From Escherichia phage N4: a DNA stretch of 64,000 nt. The notes beneath the pieces were generated by a model. That model worked only from the letters and a program-made list of their open reading frames with translations. It was not told the DNA's origin and made no database searches. Of this stretch, positions 1 through 8,728 are shown in pieces. Both the position numbers and the translations under genes were made by a program. The stretch lies in the sequence record NC_008720.1, one strand, 5' to 3'. Positions within the stretch are counted from its first letter, which is position 1; each line of letters begins with the position of its first letter.

Positions 1-521
1 CTGAAGAGAAGACTCGTATGCTATCTGCCAATACCACCCACTCTATTGATGGCCTGGTAGTACGTGAGCTGGTTCGTCGTTGTGACTATGACAAGAACCA
101 GATTGAATACATCAAGGCTCTTTGCAATGGTGAAGCTGAATATAAGGCTTCTGAAAAGAACTATGGCAAAGCAATGGAACTGTGGGGTTACTATGAGAAG
201 ACAGGGTTCCTGACTGCTCGTATCTTTGATTATCTGGATTCTGAAACTATTAAATTAGTAAATACTCAGGACATTCTAGACCTGATTGAATCCATGCCTA
301 AGAAGCCATTCCATGTACTCACTGTACATGACTGCTTCCGTTGCCTGCCTAACTATGGCAATGACATTCGTCGTCAGTACAACAACCTGTTAGCTACTAT
401 TGCTAAAGGTGACTTACTATCTTTCATTATGAGCCAGGTTATAGGCCAAGAAGTTACTATTGGCAAACTAGACCCGACTCTATGGGAAGATGTATTAGAA
501 ACCGAATACGCTCTATCTTAA
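1..521 (+). CDS. Phage RNA polymerase II large subunit (N4 gp16-like), 3' portion only; 5' end is upstream of the window
   Basis: ORF open to the window edge (in frame from nt 3), stop TAA 519-521. C-terminal ...VLTVHDCF... (Asp codon 330-332) resembles motif C (HDSF) of T7-like single-subunit RNAPs. Followed by an Ig-domain protein as in N4. Confidence 0.6.
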   Translation, partial: EEKTRMLSANTTHSIDGLVVRELVRRCDYDKNQIEYIKALCNGEAEYKASEKNYGKAMELWGYYEKTGFLTARIFDYLDSETIKLVNTQDILDLIESMPKKPFHVLTVHDCFRCLPNYGNDIRRQYNNLLATIAKGDLLSFIMSQVIGQEVTIGKLDPTLWEDVLETEYALS

Positions 522-526
522 TAACT

Positions 527-560
527 AAGGCTATCCCTACGGGGGTAGCCTTTATTTTTT
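527..560 (+). terminator. Rho-independent terminator
   Basis: Hairpin AAGGCTAtCCC/GGGGTAGCCTT with one bulge, followed by TTATTTTTTT, directly after the stop at 521. Confidence 0.6.
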
Positions 561-605
561 TAGTAAATCATAATGGATAGGCATTTAACCTATGAGGAAA
601 TTAAA

Positions 606-1445
606 ATGCCTGTTCTTAAAGTGATGTTTCATAAAGACACCAACGTAGCTACTGTACTGGATGCCAGTGGTAGCCTTAGTGATGGTTCCGTTGAGGTGGG
701 TACTTTCCATCATCCTGATGAAACGTATCCTGATAGTGTAACTATCTATCATGGTGTACGTGACCTGCTGTATAAACGCAGTGCTAAAGACCCATCTCAA
801 ACTGCTTCTTACCCAAATAACATTATCAATATGCAAGTTATCAGTATTGATATGAAGGCAACTCCTCGCCTGATTTTGGGTACTGCATTGCCTCGTGTAA
901 TCTCTACTATTGAAGGTAAAGATGTAACCTGGCATGTAGATGTTGCTGGTGGTAAAGCACCATTGACTTACAAGTGGCAATTTAAAGCTAATACTGTAGG
1001 TGCTGCTTTCGCTGATATTGATTCCGGAGAGAATCCTACAGCTAAAACTGCAACTCTTATTAATCATGCAGTAACTGCTGAATCTGCTGGTACTTATAAA
1101 GTCATCGTTACTGATGCCAACGGTACTACTATCGAGAGTTCTTCTCTGCTGGTTGTAGGAGTTCAGGAACCACCTGAAGTAGCTTCTATTGTTGCTTATC
1201 CAAGTCCACTGGCTCTATCAGTAGCTGATGATATTACCGATGGTAAAACAGTTAAGTTTTCTTCCCTGCCTGCTGGCTCTTTGATTGGCACTCTGTCCAT
1301 TAAGACCCAGCCTGACAGTGGTAAAGCTACTGCTGAGATTAGTGGTAATGTACTGACAGTTAAACCTGTAGCCGCAGGTGACACTACTGTAGTGGTCACC
1401 AACGGAACCAAGGAAGTAACTGTTACGGTTAATGTTACAGAGTAA
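606..1445 (+). CDS. Ig-like domain protein, putative capsid decoration protein (N4 gp17-like)
   Basis: Track ORF 573-1445; start moved to ATG 606, which has SD GAGGAA 9 nt upstream. Beta-rich Ig-like segment (GKDVTWHVDVAGGKAPLTYKWQF...AGTYKVIVTDANGTTIESSSLLVV). First gene after RNAPII, as for the N4 decoration protein (recalled). Confidence 0.5.
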   Translation: MPVLKVMFHKDTNVATVLDASGSLSDGSVEVGTFHHPDETYPDSVTIYHGVRDLLYKRSAKDPSQTASYPNNIINMQVISIDMKATPRLILGTALPRVISTIEGKDVTWHVDVAGGKAPLTYKWQFKANTVGAAFADIDSGENPTAKTATLINHAVTAESAGTYKVIVTDANGTTIESSSLLVVGVQEPPEVASIVAYPSPLALSVADDITDGKTVKFSSLPAGSLIGTLSIKTQPDSGKATAEISGNVLTVKPVAAGDTTVVVTNGTKEVTVTVNVTE

Positions 1446-1466
1446 TGTGATTGTTTTTATGAATGT

Positions 1467-1489
1467 AGCCCTCCTTGTGAGGGCTTTTT
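1467..1489 (+). terminator. Rho-independent terminator
   Basis: AGCCCTC-cttgt-GAGGGCT followed by TTTTT. Confidence 0.6.
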
Positions 1490-1514
1490 AGTATCTATAG
1501 GAGAGTAAATAATT

Positions 1515-1829
1515 ATGGCTAATAAGAACCGTCTTCGTGTATGGCATATCCCTCAAGTACCCGGCAAAGCCTTCTATGTTGAAGTAGATTCAGTAGAAGA
1601 AGGTGTACGTATCATTGATATACTAGCCAACTATGACCTATTCCAGTATGAGAACAATATCAAAGGTGATTACTGCAATGTCTCTGGTTTACAGATGTAT
1701 GATGAACATATCACTGATGATGAAATGGAAGAGATGGGTCTGACTGACCGTTGGGTAGACTGGTACTATGAAGATGACCAGAACTTTTTTGATAACCCGA
1801 AAGAGTATTTGAATAATCTCAAGAAGTAA
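1515..1829 (+). CDS. Hypothetical protein (104 aa, acidic C-terminus)
   Basis: ATG 1515 preceded by SD AGGAGAG; bracketed by terminators. Confidence 0.5.
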   Translation: MANKNRLRVWHIPQVPGKAFYVEVDSVEEGVRIIDILANYDLFQYENNIKGDYCNVSGLQMYDEHITDDEMEEMGLTDRWVDWYYEDDQNFFDNPKEYLNNLKK

Positions 1830-1869
1830 TTTCTTGGGGTTAACGACCCTTATTAATTCCTTATCCTTT

Positions 1870-1892
1870 GCCCTCCTATGGAGGGCTTTTTT
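1870..1892 (+). terminator. Rho-independent terminator
   Basis: GCCCTCC-tat-GGAGGGC followed by TTTTTT. Lies inside the track ORF 1868-2110, whose 5' end (a TTG start) is therefore unlikely to be coding. Confidence 0.6.
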
Positions 1893-1903
1893 ACGGAGTA
1901 CAA

Positions 1904-2110
1904 ATGTTTAAGTTCTTAGACCTTATCTGGGCAGTCATTTTGCTGGTTGCTACAGGCTTTGTATATGGCTTCTTGCTCCCATCAATGGTGTCTGCTTTAG
2001 ACAGCATCATTGTTGTTATGGGCTTGATAGTCTGTATTGTGTGGCCTCTTATCGTAGGCCGTATCGTTTATCTTACAGTTAAGAAAAGGATGAGAAGAAA
2101 ACATGTATAA
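1904..2110 (+). CDS. Small membrane protein (68 aa, two predicted TM helices)
   Basis: ATG 1904 with GGAG 6 nt upstream, downstream of the terminator. Two hydrophobic stretches; 3' end overlaps the next gene by 8 nt. Confidence 0.45.
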   Translation: MFKFLDLIWAVILLVATGFVYGFLLPSMVSALDSIIVVMGLIVCIVWPLIVGRIVYLTVKKRMRRKHV

Positions 2111-2939
2111 GTACATTGCAGTAGCAATTGCAGGGCTAATCATTGCTCTAAGTTTAACGAGCTGCTATGACCGAGTTGAACCAGGTAATGTAGGTATTAT
2201 CGTTAACCGTCTCGGTGAAGATAAAGGCGTGGAAAATGAGGTTAAAGGTGTAGGCCGTTACTGGCTCACTTGGAATGAAGAACTTTATACATTCCCGACC
2301 TTTAAGCAGATGAAGACCTATGATGGTCTGTTCTACTTCCAACTGTCTGATGGTACTCAGATAGGCCACCAGATGGCTATCAGCTATAAAGTAAATCCTA
2401 CTAAGGTAACTAATATCTTCCAGACGTATCATAAGGGAGTTAATGAAATTACCGAACAGGATTTACGCCAACGTATTGCTGATGTACTTAACAGGCAGGG
2501 TAACCTGATTAACACCGATACATTTATTGATGGTGGTAAATCTAAGTTACTGGATAGTGTCACGGACACAATCCGTAAAGAGATGGAACCAGTGGGGATT
2601 GATATTATTGCTATCTCCTGGATTGGTGCTCCTGAATACCCTGATAACGTTAAACGTGCCATTAATGCCAAAGTAGAAGCTACTCAGAAAACTCTGCAAC
2701 GTGAGCAAGAGATTCAGCAACGCGTAGCTGAAGCTAATATGGAACGTGAACAAGCTAAGGGTGTAGCAGATGCTATTCTGATTAAGGCTAAAGCAGAGGC
2801 TGATGCTATTCGTTTACGTGGTGAAGCACTCACCGAGAACCCAAATGTAATGCAACTGGAAGCCATTAATAAGTGGAATGGTACATTACCTACCACAATG
2901 ATTCCTGGGGCTACTACACCTTTCGTTAATGTGAAATAA
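2103..2939 (+). CDS. SPFH/band-7 (prohibitin-like) domain lipoprotein
   Basis: N-terminal signal with lipobox LTSC. Core VEPGNVGIIVNRLG... and an Ala/Glu-rich C-terminal helix (IKAKAEADAIRLRGEALTENPNVMQLEAINKW) typical of HflK/C-prohibitin proteins. Confidence 0.6.
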   Translation: MYKYIAVAIAGLIIALSLTSCYDRVEPGNVGIIVNRLGEDKGVENEVKGVGRYWLTWNEELYTFPTFKQMKTYDGLFYFQLSDGTQIGHQMAISYKVNPTKVTNIFQTYHKGVNEITEQDLRQRIADVLNRQGNLINTDTFIDGGKSKLLDSVTDTIRKEMEPVGIDIIAISWIGAPEYPDNVKRAINAKVEATQKTLQREQEIQQRVAEANMEREQAKGVADAILIKAKAEADAIRLRGEALTENPNVMQLEAINKWNGTLPTTMIPGATTPFVNVK

Positions 2940-2945
2940 CTAAGC

Positions 2946-2976
2946 AAACCCACCATTACGGTGGGTTTATTTTTTG
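2946..2976 (+). terminator. Rho-independent terminator
   Basis: AAACCCACC-attac-GGTGGGTTT followed by ATTTTTT. Confidence 0.6.
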
Positions 2977-3001
2977 AAGTTATCTAACACCGGGTATTCC
3001 T

Positions 3002-3226
3002 ATGAAAGTAAATGTTTTACGTCGTAAGAAAGTTCCTTTCTTTCAAATCAATTGTGGTTCATGTTTTCAACACGATGATGACTACTATATGAAGTGTAGT
3101 TATCAATCTAAAGAACACTTCTATGGTGTGAATTTACAAACAGGTCATCTGTTCACATTTGATAATAATGACTTTGTTTATCCTGTGACTTTAGAAGCAT
3201 GTATTCCTGACCCACTTAATAAATAG
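3002..3226 (+). CDS. Hypothetical protein (74 aa, Cys-containing)
   Basis: ORF-track ORF, stop 2 nt before the next gene; contains CGSC...C...C spacing that could be a zinc ribbon. Confidence 0.4.
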   Translation: MKVNVLRRKKVPFFQINCGSCFQHDDDYYMKCSYQSKEHFYGVNLQTGHLFTFDNNDFVYPVTLEACIPDPLNK

Positions 3227-3227
3227 T

Positions 3228-3584
3228 ATGGCTCAAGAAAAGAATCGTCGTCAGACACTTATCGAACGTATTCAGGCCAGAATCAAATTACAGGACTTAG
3301 GCTATACCGTTAATGGTCAGCCTAGTCTCTGTCACATCTGGACTGGTTCACATTCAGGTAATGGACGTGGTGGGCAATATGGCAGGATTTCCGTGAATGG
3401 AGTTACCTCTGCAACTCACATTATTGCCTATACCCATTATCATGGTTATATCCCCAATAAGATGCAAGTAGACCATCTCTGTAATAATCGTCTGTGCTGT
3501 AATCCTGAACATCTTGAATTGGTTACTCACCAAGAGAACCAGAGAAGAAGGGCTAAGCGTTCTAAATCTAAAGGAAATAAATAA
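3228..3584 (+). CDS. HNH homing endonuclease (HNH_3-type)
   Basis: CHIWTG...GYG-like segment, then VDHLCNNRLCCNPEHLELVTHQEN (about nt 3470-3540), a classic HNH_3 catalytic/zinc motif; basic C-terminal tail. Confidence 0.8.
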   Translation: MAQEKNRRQTLIERIQARIKLQDLGYTVNGQPSLCHIWTGSHSGNGRGGQYGRISVNGVTSATHIIAYTHYHGYIPNKMQVDHLCNNRLCCNPEHLELVTHQENQRRRAKRSKSKGNK

Positions 3585-3755
3585 ATGATTAAAAAACTTA
3601 TTTGTAAACTTATTGCAGCAATCTTAATTAGTATTATTGGTATTGCATGGGTAGTTTCTACTCCAGATAACGTTATGCAACAACTTTATTATGCTGTGTA
3701 TACATCAACCTCTTTTGTTTGGGTTTATGTAATGTACCGTATTTGCAGCGACTAA
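3585..3755 (+). CDS. Small hydrophobic protein (56 aa), not in the ORF track
   Basis: ATG 3585 overlaps the HNH stop (TAAATG); SD AAGGAA 8 nt upstream; predicted membrane helix (LIAAILISIIGIAWVV). Confidence 0.35.
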   Translation: MIKKLICKLIAAILISIIGIAWVVSTPDNVMQQLYYAVYTSTSFVWVYVMYRICSD

Positions 3756-3784
3756 TACTTAATATAGCTTAACTGGAGAGTAAA

Positions 3785-4843
3785 ATGGCTAGTATTGATT
3801 CTATTGCCGTATGTAATCCACGGCAGGTACGTAAATTTGTTGAACACTGTATCCGTTCAGGATTGGTTCCATTTATCACTTCATCCCCTGGCATGGGTAA
3901 ATCTGCAATTGTTCATCAGATTGCAGAAGACTTTGGCCTGAAACTGATTGACCATCGTCTGTCTACTTCAGCACCAGAAGACCTGTCAGGTCTGCCTCGT
4001 TTTAAAGAGAATGGCCGTGCTGAATTTGCCCCATTTGATGAGCTATTCCCACTGGAAGGGGATGCTGTACCTGAAGGGTTTAATGGCTGGCTTCTCTTTC
4101 TCGATGAGTTTAACTCTGCTCGTAAAGAGATTCAGGCTGCTGCTTATAAACTGGTACTCGACCGCATGACTGGTCAAAAAAAACTGCATCCTTATGTAGC
4201 TATCATATGTGCTGGTAACAAAGCAACTGACCGTGCCATTACTAACAACCTGTCTACAGCTATGCAATCACGTCTTATTCATCTGGAAATGGAGACTGAT
4301 TTTGATGTCTTCATGGAAGATGTAGCGATTCCTAACAAATGGGATGAACGTGTAATTGCATTCCTGAATGCTAACCCAAATAAACTGAATGATTTTGAAC
4401 CAGACCATCAAGAGAAGACTTTTTGTTGTTCTCGTACATGGGAGTTCGTTAACAAGATTGTTTCCATTCTCCCGCCAGGACCAATTGATAGTGAAATGAC
4501 TCTGCTGTTAGCAGGCACTATCACTTCTGGTGTAGCAACATCATTCGTTCAGTTTACTCAGGTCTATAGCAACATGGTGTCTTTGAATGAGATTTTAGAT
4601 AATCCTAAGAAAGCTCGTATGCCTGAAGACAATAACCTGTTGTGGGCTGTAGTCACTTCACTAATTAACAATACTGACGAAGATAATCATTCGAAAATCT
4701 TTGATTATGTTGAACGTATGCCATTTACGTTCAAGGTTTTGTACTACCGTTCCGTAGGTAGTCTGGTTCCAGCTTTGGTTAAATTACCGAACTGGCGTGT
4801 TGCTGCAATCACATTATCTAAATACGTTCATGGTTCCAATTAA
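3785..4843 (+). CDS. AAA+ ATPase, MoxR-like
   Basis: Walker A SSPGMGKS (nt 3887-3904), Walker B LLFLDEFN, SD GGAGAG; paired with the downstream vWA protein as in MoxR-VWA systems. Confidence 0.75.
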   Translation: MASIDSIAVCNPRQVRKFVEHCIRSGLVPFITSSPGMGKSAIVHQIAEDFGLKLIDHRLSTSAPEDLSGLPRFKENGRAEFAPFDELFPLEGDAVPEGFNGWLLFLDEFNSARKEIQAAAYKLVLDRMTGQKKLHPYVAIICAGNKATDRAITNNLSTAMQSRLIHLEMETDFDVFMEDVAIPNKWDERVIAFLNANPNKLNDFEPDHQEKTFCCSRTWEFVNKIVSILPPGPIDSEMTLLLAGTITSGVATSFVQFTQVYSNMVSLNEILDNPKKARMPEDNNLLWAVVTSLINNTDEDNHSKIFDYVERMPFTFKVLYYRSVGSLVPALVKLPNWRVAAITLSKYVHGSN

Positions 4844-5010
4844 CAAAAAGGGAGTTACAGACCTCCTGTATGTTGCTGGCTTTAACGGTAAAGAAATTAC
4901 CGTATATGCCCCAAGTCTGGCTGCTGCTAAACAAAAGGCAGTTGAATACTTTCGTCCAAAGAAACGTGTAGCCCATACCATTTGGGTTCATCTCGCAGAG
5001 GAAAACTGAT

Positions 5011-6153
5011 ATGTCCATAACAGATGCTCAATTAACCCGTGAATATGACAGATGTCAGGCTAAAGCCTTTATGGGCAAAACTGCTGCATTCTTTGGTTCA
5101 CTGTTATGTTCTCTGAAGTTCCGTTGGGTAAAAGATGGCTGTGATACAGCACAAACCGATGGTGAGCATCTCGAATGGAATCCTGATTGGTTTGAGAGTC
5201 TATTACCTGAATCTCGTGTAACAGTACTCATGCATGAACTATGGCATGTCGGCTTACTGCATTCTGTTCGTATGGGTTCTCGTGACCCAGAAGTATGGAA
5301 TTATGCCTGTGATATTTATATCAACAATCAGCTTATTCAGGATGGCCACAGCTTTATAGGAATCGAAAATTGCTGGAAAGACCCTAAGTATGCTGGTTGG
5401 GCTGAAGAACAAATCTATGATGACCTCATGAGCAAACAGATACGTCCTCCTAAAGCATTTGGTGCTTTTGGGACTGGCTCAGGTGGTGACATGAAACCTT
5501 CCACTTCGAAGGCTAGTCAGGTGAATATTGTCAATAATGTAGTAAGAGCCATGCACCAACAGAAACTATCTGGTGGTTCTTTGCCTGGGGTATTACCTGG
5601 AAAAATGGAAGAAGTTATTACTCAATTCCTGAAACCAGTAGTACCGTGGCAGGTTTTACTTGAACGCTTCTTCAATGACCTGCAAGAAACTTACTACTCA
5701 TGGCAACGGCCTAATCGTAGATACCCTGATATGTACCTACCATCTCCTATGGATGATGACGGTAGACTGGAACATCTGGCTTATTTCCTTGATACATCTG
5801 GCTCCATTAAACCTAAAGATGCCTTACGCTTTAGCTCTGAAGTGGCCTATGTAAAAGAGAAATATCAGCCTCAGAAGATGACTCTAGTTCAGTTCACTAC
5901 AGAGATTGTAGATGAACAAGTCATTGAAGATGGTGACAAGTTTACTGATGTCACTATCAAAGGACGGGGTGGTACTAGTCTGGTTCCTGTACGTGAATGG
6001 ATTATTAAGCATAAGCCTACTGCTGCCATTATCTTTACTGACTTAGAAGTCAGGCCGATGGAACCATTGCCATTTGACATTCCTGTCATATGGGTAGTTA
6101 TTCGTAACCCTGGTGCACAAGTTCCATTTGGGAAAGTTATTAACATTACATGA
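5011..6153 (+). CDS. vWA-domain protein with N-terminal HExxH metallopeptidase-like motif
   Basis: HELWH (nt 5233-5247) and MIDAS-like DTSGS (nt 5791-5805); immediately downstream of the MoxR-like ATPase. Confidence 0.7.
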   Translation: MSITDAQLTREYDRCQAKAFMGKTAAFFGSLLCSLKFRWVKDGCDTAQTDGEHLEWNPDWFESLLPESRVTVLMHELWHVGLLHSVRMGSRDPEVWNYACDIYINNQLIQDGHSFIGIENCWKDPKYAGWAEEQIYDDLMSKQIRPPKAFGAFGTGSGGDMKPSTSKASQVNIVNNVVRAMHQQKLSGGSLPGVLPGKMEEVITQFLKPVVPWQVLLERFFNDLQETYYSWQRPNRRYPDMYLPSPMDDDGRLEHLAYFLDTSGSIKPKDALRFSSEVAYVKEKYQPQKMTLVQFTTEIVDEQVIEDGDKFTDVTIKGRGGTSLVPVREWIIKHKPTAAIIFTDLEVRPMEPLPFDIPVIWVVIRNPGAQVPFGKVINIT

Positions 6154-6159
6154 GGTTTT

Positions 6160-6666
6160 ATGGTTGTTAATGGAAAACTATTGTTAGATGCTATGCCCAT
6201 TAAGGGCATGGTCAACAGTAAACTCAGTTCAGGTGAGACTACATTTGGACTGGGAGAAGCTGGTTATGACATCCGTATTAAACAGGATGTTACCTTCTAC
6301 CGGTTTCTTGGTTTGATTCCCTGCATCAAGATTAAGGATGAAGGAAAGACCAAGTGGAAGTTTGGTACTTTCACATTAGCTTCTGCAATGGAACGTTTCA
6401 ATGTACCTGCTGGCCTAGTAGGTATTGTCCACGACAAATCTACATGGGCAAGGCGTACATTATCTGTATTCAATACTGTTATTGAACCAGGATGGTCTGG
6501 CTATCTGACTTTAGAACTGGTTTATCACGGTCGTAAAAAACTTCATATCCCTGCTGGTTCAGGTATTGCTCAGGTCATCTTCCATGAGACAGTAGAGAAT
6601 ACTGCCTACAATGGGCGATACCAGAACCAGCCTAATCAACCCGTAGCTGCTAAGTCAGCTCGTTAA
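6160..6666 (+). CDS. dCTP deaminase family protein (dUTPase superfamily)
   Basis: GYDIR and ...RRTLSVFNTVIEPGWSGYLTLEL, matching the PGWSG signature region of dCTP deaminase/dUTPase-fold enzymes. Confidence 0.75.
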   Translation: MVVNGKLLLDAMPIKGMVNSKLSSGETTFGLGEAGYDIRIKQDVTFYRFLGLIPCIKIKDEGKTKWKFGTFTLASAMERFNVPAGLVGIVHDKSTWARRTLSVFNTVIEPGWSGYLTLELVYHGRKKLHIPAGSGIAQVIFHETVENTAYNGRYQNQPNQPVAAKSAR

Positions 6667-6679
6667 TTAAGGAAATATC

Positions 6680-6880
6680 ATGTCTATCTTTACTACTAAG
6701 GTTAATGGTCAAAAAGTTACTGTTGTTGCTCGTAACGTAGCTTACGTTACTGAAAACAGTGAAGGCCGTGGTGTAATTACTTTTACTAACGGCGATTCCA
6801 TTGACACCCAGGTAGGTTATGACTCTATCCGTCGTAACGTAGCTAAAGCACTTGATGGTGCTAAAGACGCCGCAGAGTAA
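6680..6880 (+). CDS. Hypothetical protein (66 aa)
   Basis: SD AAGGAA before ATG 6680; terminator downstream. Confidence 0.45.
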   Translation: MSIFTTKVNGQKVTVVARNVAYVTENSEGRGVITFTNGDSIDTQVGYDSIRRNVAKALDGAKDAAE

Positions 6881-6955
6881 GGTGTTTACAGTAATGGGGT
6901 TATATAGTAGCCCCATTTATGGAAATTCCTTTCTCCATTGCTTAGTCCCAACTAT

Positions 6956-6978
6956 GCCCACTTTATGTGGGCTTTTTT
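6956..6978 (+). terminator. Rho-independent terminator
   Basis: GCCCAC-tttat-GTGGGC followed by TTTTTT. Confidence 0.6.
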
Positions 6979-6993
6979 AATTAGAGACTATGT

Positions 6994-7236
6994 ATGAGCA
7001 AATTAGGTATACACGTTTACATAGATGAAGCCGAGAAGATATACCCCTATACATTATTTAGTTCCAGTGATTTACTTCAGATGAAGGTAAACTCCATTAT
7101 CGTAAACTACTGGTATAACGATAAGAATTGGGATTACTGGGCTGCACGACAGAAGAGTAAGAACAAGAAAGATATATTCAAAAGCAAATCAACTCCACAC
7201 ATGTTTCCTTGGTATCACAGAAACCGGAGATATTGA
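6994..7236 (+). CDS. Hypothetical protein (80 aa)
   Basis: ORF-track ORF; stop overlaps the next start (TGATG). Confidence 0.4.
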   Translation: MSKLGIHVYIDEAEKIYPYTLFSSSDLLQMKVNSIIVNYWYNDKNWDYWAARQKSKNKKDIFKSKSTPHMFPWYHRNRRY

Positions 7237-7697
7237 TGACAAGAATACCATTTTTAAAACCCAGAAAACGAACACCAAAGCTGTATCAAAAGACTACAGA
7301 AGACGGTTTAGCCTTGAACCAGAAAGCTATTAAGGCTGTTAGTATACTGGTTCAAGGTAAACAGGATGCTGTTGCTTTACGTCTTGTTGTTGAGCAAATC
7401 TTAGTTGCTCTGACACTGGCTCAGGTAGCTAAACAAGAAGGTAAACAAGAAACCTGTAAAACAGCATTAGGTGCTTTGTACTGGTTGTATAAAGACCTTG
7501 CTGACAACTTTGAAATGTCTATGGATAAGTGGCAGGGTATTTCTTGTGTACTTGCTCTTAGAGAAGGACAGGAATTACTGTCTACTCTACCAAAAGCAGA
7601 ATTTAAACTAGCCTACACTGGAGCACATAAGATTGTTCTTGGTTCCAGTAAGGACATCTTTAACCACCTTAAGCTATTCAAGGCTTTCTATGATTAA
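7236..7697 (+). CDS. Hypothetical protein (153 aa)
   Basis: Track ORF 7209-7697; start moved to ATG 7236 (GGAGA 7 nt upstream, TGATG overlap). Confidence 0.45.
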   Translation: MTRIPFLKPRKRTPKLYQKTTEDGLALNQKAIKAVSILVQGKQDAVALRLVVEQILVALTLAQVAKQEGKQETCKTALGALYWLYKDLADNFEMSMDKWQGISCVLALREGQELLSTLPKAEFKLAYTGAHKIVLGSSKDIFNHLKLFKAFYD

Positions 7698-8631
7698 TGC
7701 AAAAATCCTCGCTGATAGTATTACTCTTTCTGGTGACCGCCTGGTAACAATGGAACTGGTTTATCCACGCTTCATTCATTCAGAATTTATGACTCACCGA
7801 GCACTTAATCGTAATGCTTCCAGTAGTCGTGCTATTCCTACCCAACGCCTTATTGAGCAAGTTCGTAATGAACCAGTAATGCCGGTACATTGGGGTAAGA
7901 ACCAGAAAGGAATGCAGGCAAGTGAAGAACTCACTCCTATGGAAATTAAAGATGCTGAGTTCATTTGGGAAAATGCTGCCTCTGCCGCTGCTGTGTATGC
8001 TGAACAACTTCGTCGTGGACAAGTACATAAGCAGATTGTTAATCGTATTCTGGAACCATTCACGCATATCCGTGTAGTAGTGACAGCTACTCAATGGAAT
8101 AACTTCTTTGGTTTACGCATTCATCCTGATGCTCAACCAGAGATTTGTGAATTGGCTACTAAGATGAAGGAACAGTATGACCAATCAAAACCCCGTACCC
8201 TGTTGGCTGGGGAATGGCATTTGCCGTACATTACTAATAGTGATTATCTCGATGCTTATGATTATTGCAAACATCAACGAATTACTCGTGATGAACCAAG
8301 TAGTGATGAGATTAATTGCCTGTTAGTAAAAATCTCTGCTGCTCGTTGTGCCCGTGCTTCCTATAACAACTTTAAAGGTACTCCTTCTACTATCGAAGAA
8401 GACCTGCGTTTGTTCTCTAAATTGGTTGAAAGTAAGCCTGTTCACGCAAGTCCTACCGAACATCAAGCAACTCCTCAACATGTAATGAGTAAAGGCTTAA
8501 ATGAGCCTACTGACCCATCTACATGGGAAGATGGCATTAGCCACATGGACAGAGATTTACGTCTATACTCAGGTAATCTGTGTGGCTGGATTCAATTCCG
8601 TAAGCTGCTTGCAGATGAATGCATCCACTAA
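7690..8631 (+). CDS. thyX: Flavin-dependent thymidylate synthase
   Basis: Track ORF 7633-8631; start moved to ATG 7690. ThyX-type signature ...FIHSEFMTHRALNRNASSSRAIP (about nt 7792-7835). Confidence 0.75.
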   Translation: MINAKILADSITLSGDRLVTMELVYPRFIHSEFMTHRALNRNASSSRAIPTQRLIEQVRNEPVMPVHWGKNQKGMQASEELTPMEIKDAEFIWENAASAAAVYAEQLRRGQVHKQIVNRILEPFTHIRVVVTATQWNNFFGLRIHPDAQPEICELATKMKEQYDQSKPRTLLAGEWHLPYITNSDYLDAYDYCKHQRITRDEPSSDEINCLLVKISAARCARASYNNFKGTPSTIEEDLRLFSKLVESKPVHASPTEHQATPQHVMSKGLNEPTDPSTWEDGISHMDRDLRLYSGNLCGWIQFRKLLADECIH

Positions 8632-8676
8632 GTAGGTCTTTTGTGGGTGTAGACCACTCATAATAAACTCCGCTAT

Positions 8677-8704
8677 TTGCCTCCTACATGGAGGCAATTT
8701 TTTT
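8677..8704 (+). terminator. Rho-independent terminator
   Basis: TTGCCTCC-tacat-GGAGGCAA followed by TTTTTTT. Confidence 0.6.
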
Positions 8705-8728
8705 GATTCCATGTACATAGGAGGCCAT

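Noticed and set aside
585-1445. Minus-strand ORFs 585-1067 and 1196-1411 inside the Ig-domain gene; track start 573 for that gene
   Set aside because: Antisense to a gene with clear domain content. ATG 573 lacks an SD, while ATG 606 has GAGGAA at the right spacing.
1868-1903. ORF-track start (TTG 1868) of the small membrane protein
   Set aside because: The first 36 nt coincide with a terminator hairpin plus T-run (1870-1892); ATG 1904 with a GGAG SD is the credible start.
4797-5009. 70-aa ORF overlapping the end of the AAA+ ATPase gene
   Set aside because: No Shine-Dalgarno sequence for either candidate start (4797 or 4830), and the start lies inside the ATPase gene. Could be a real short gene (it would account for the one-gene numbering surplus), but the evidence is too thin to call.
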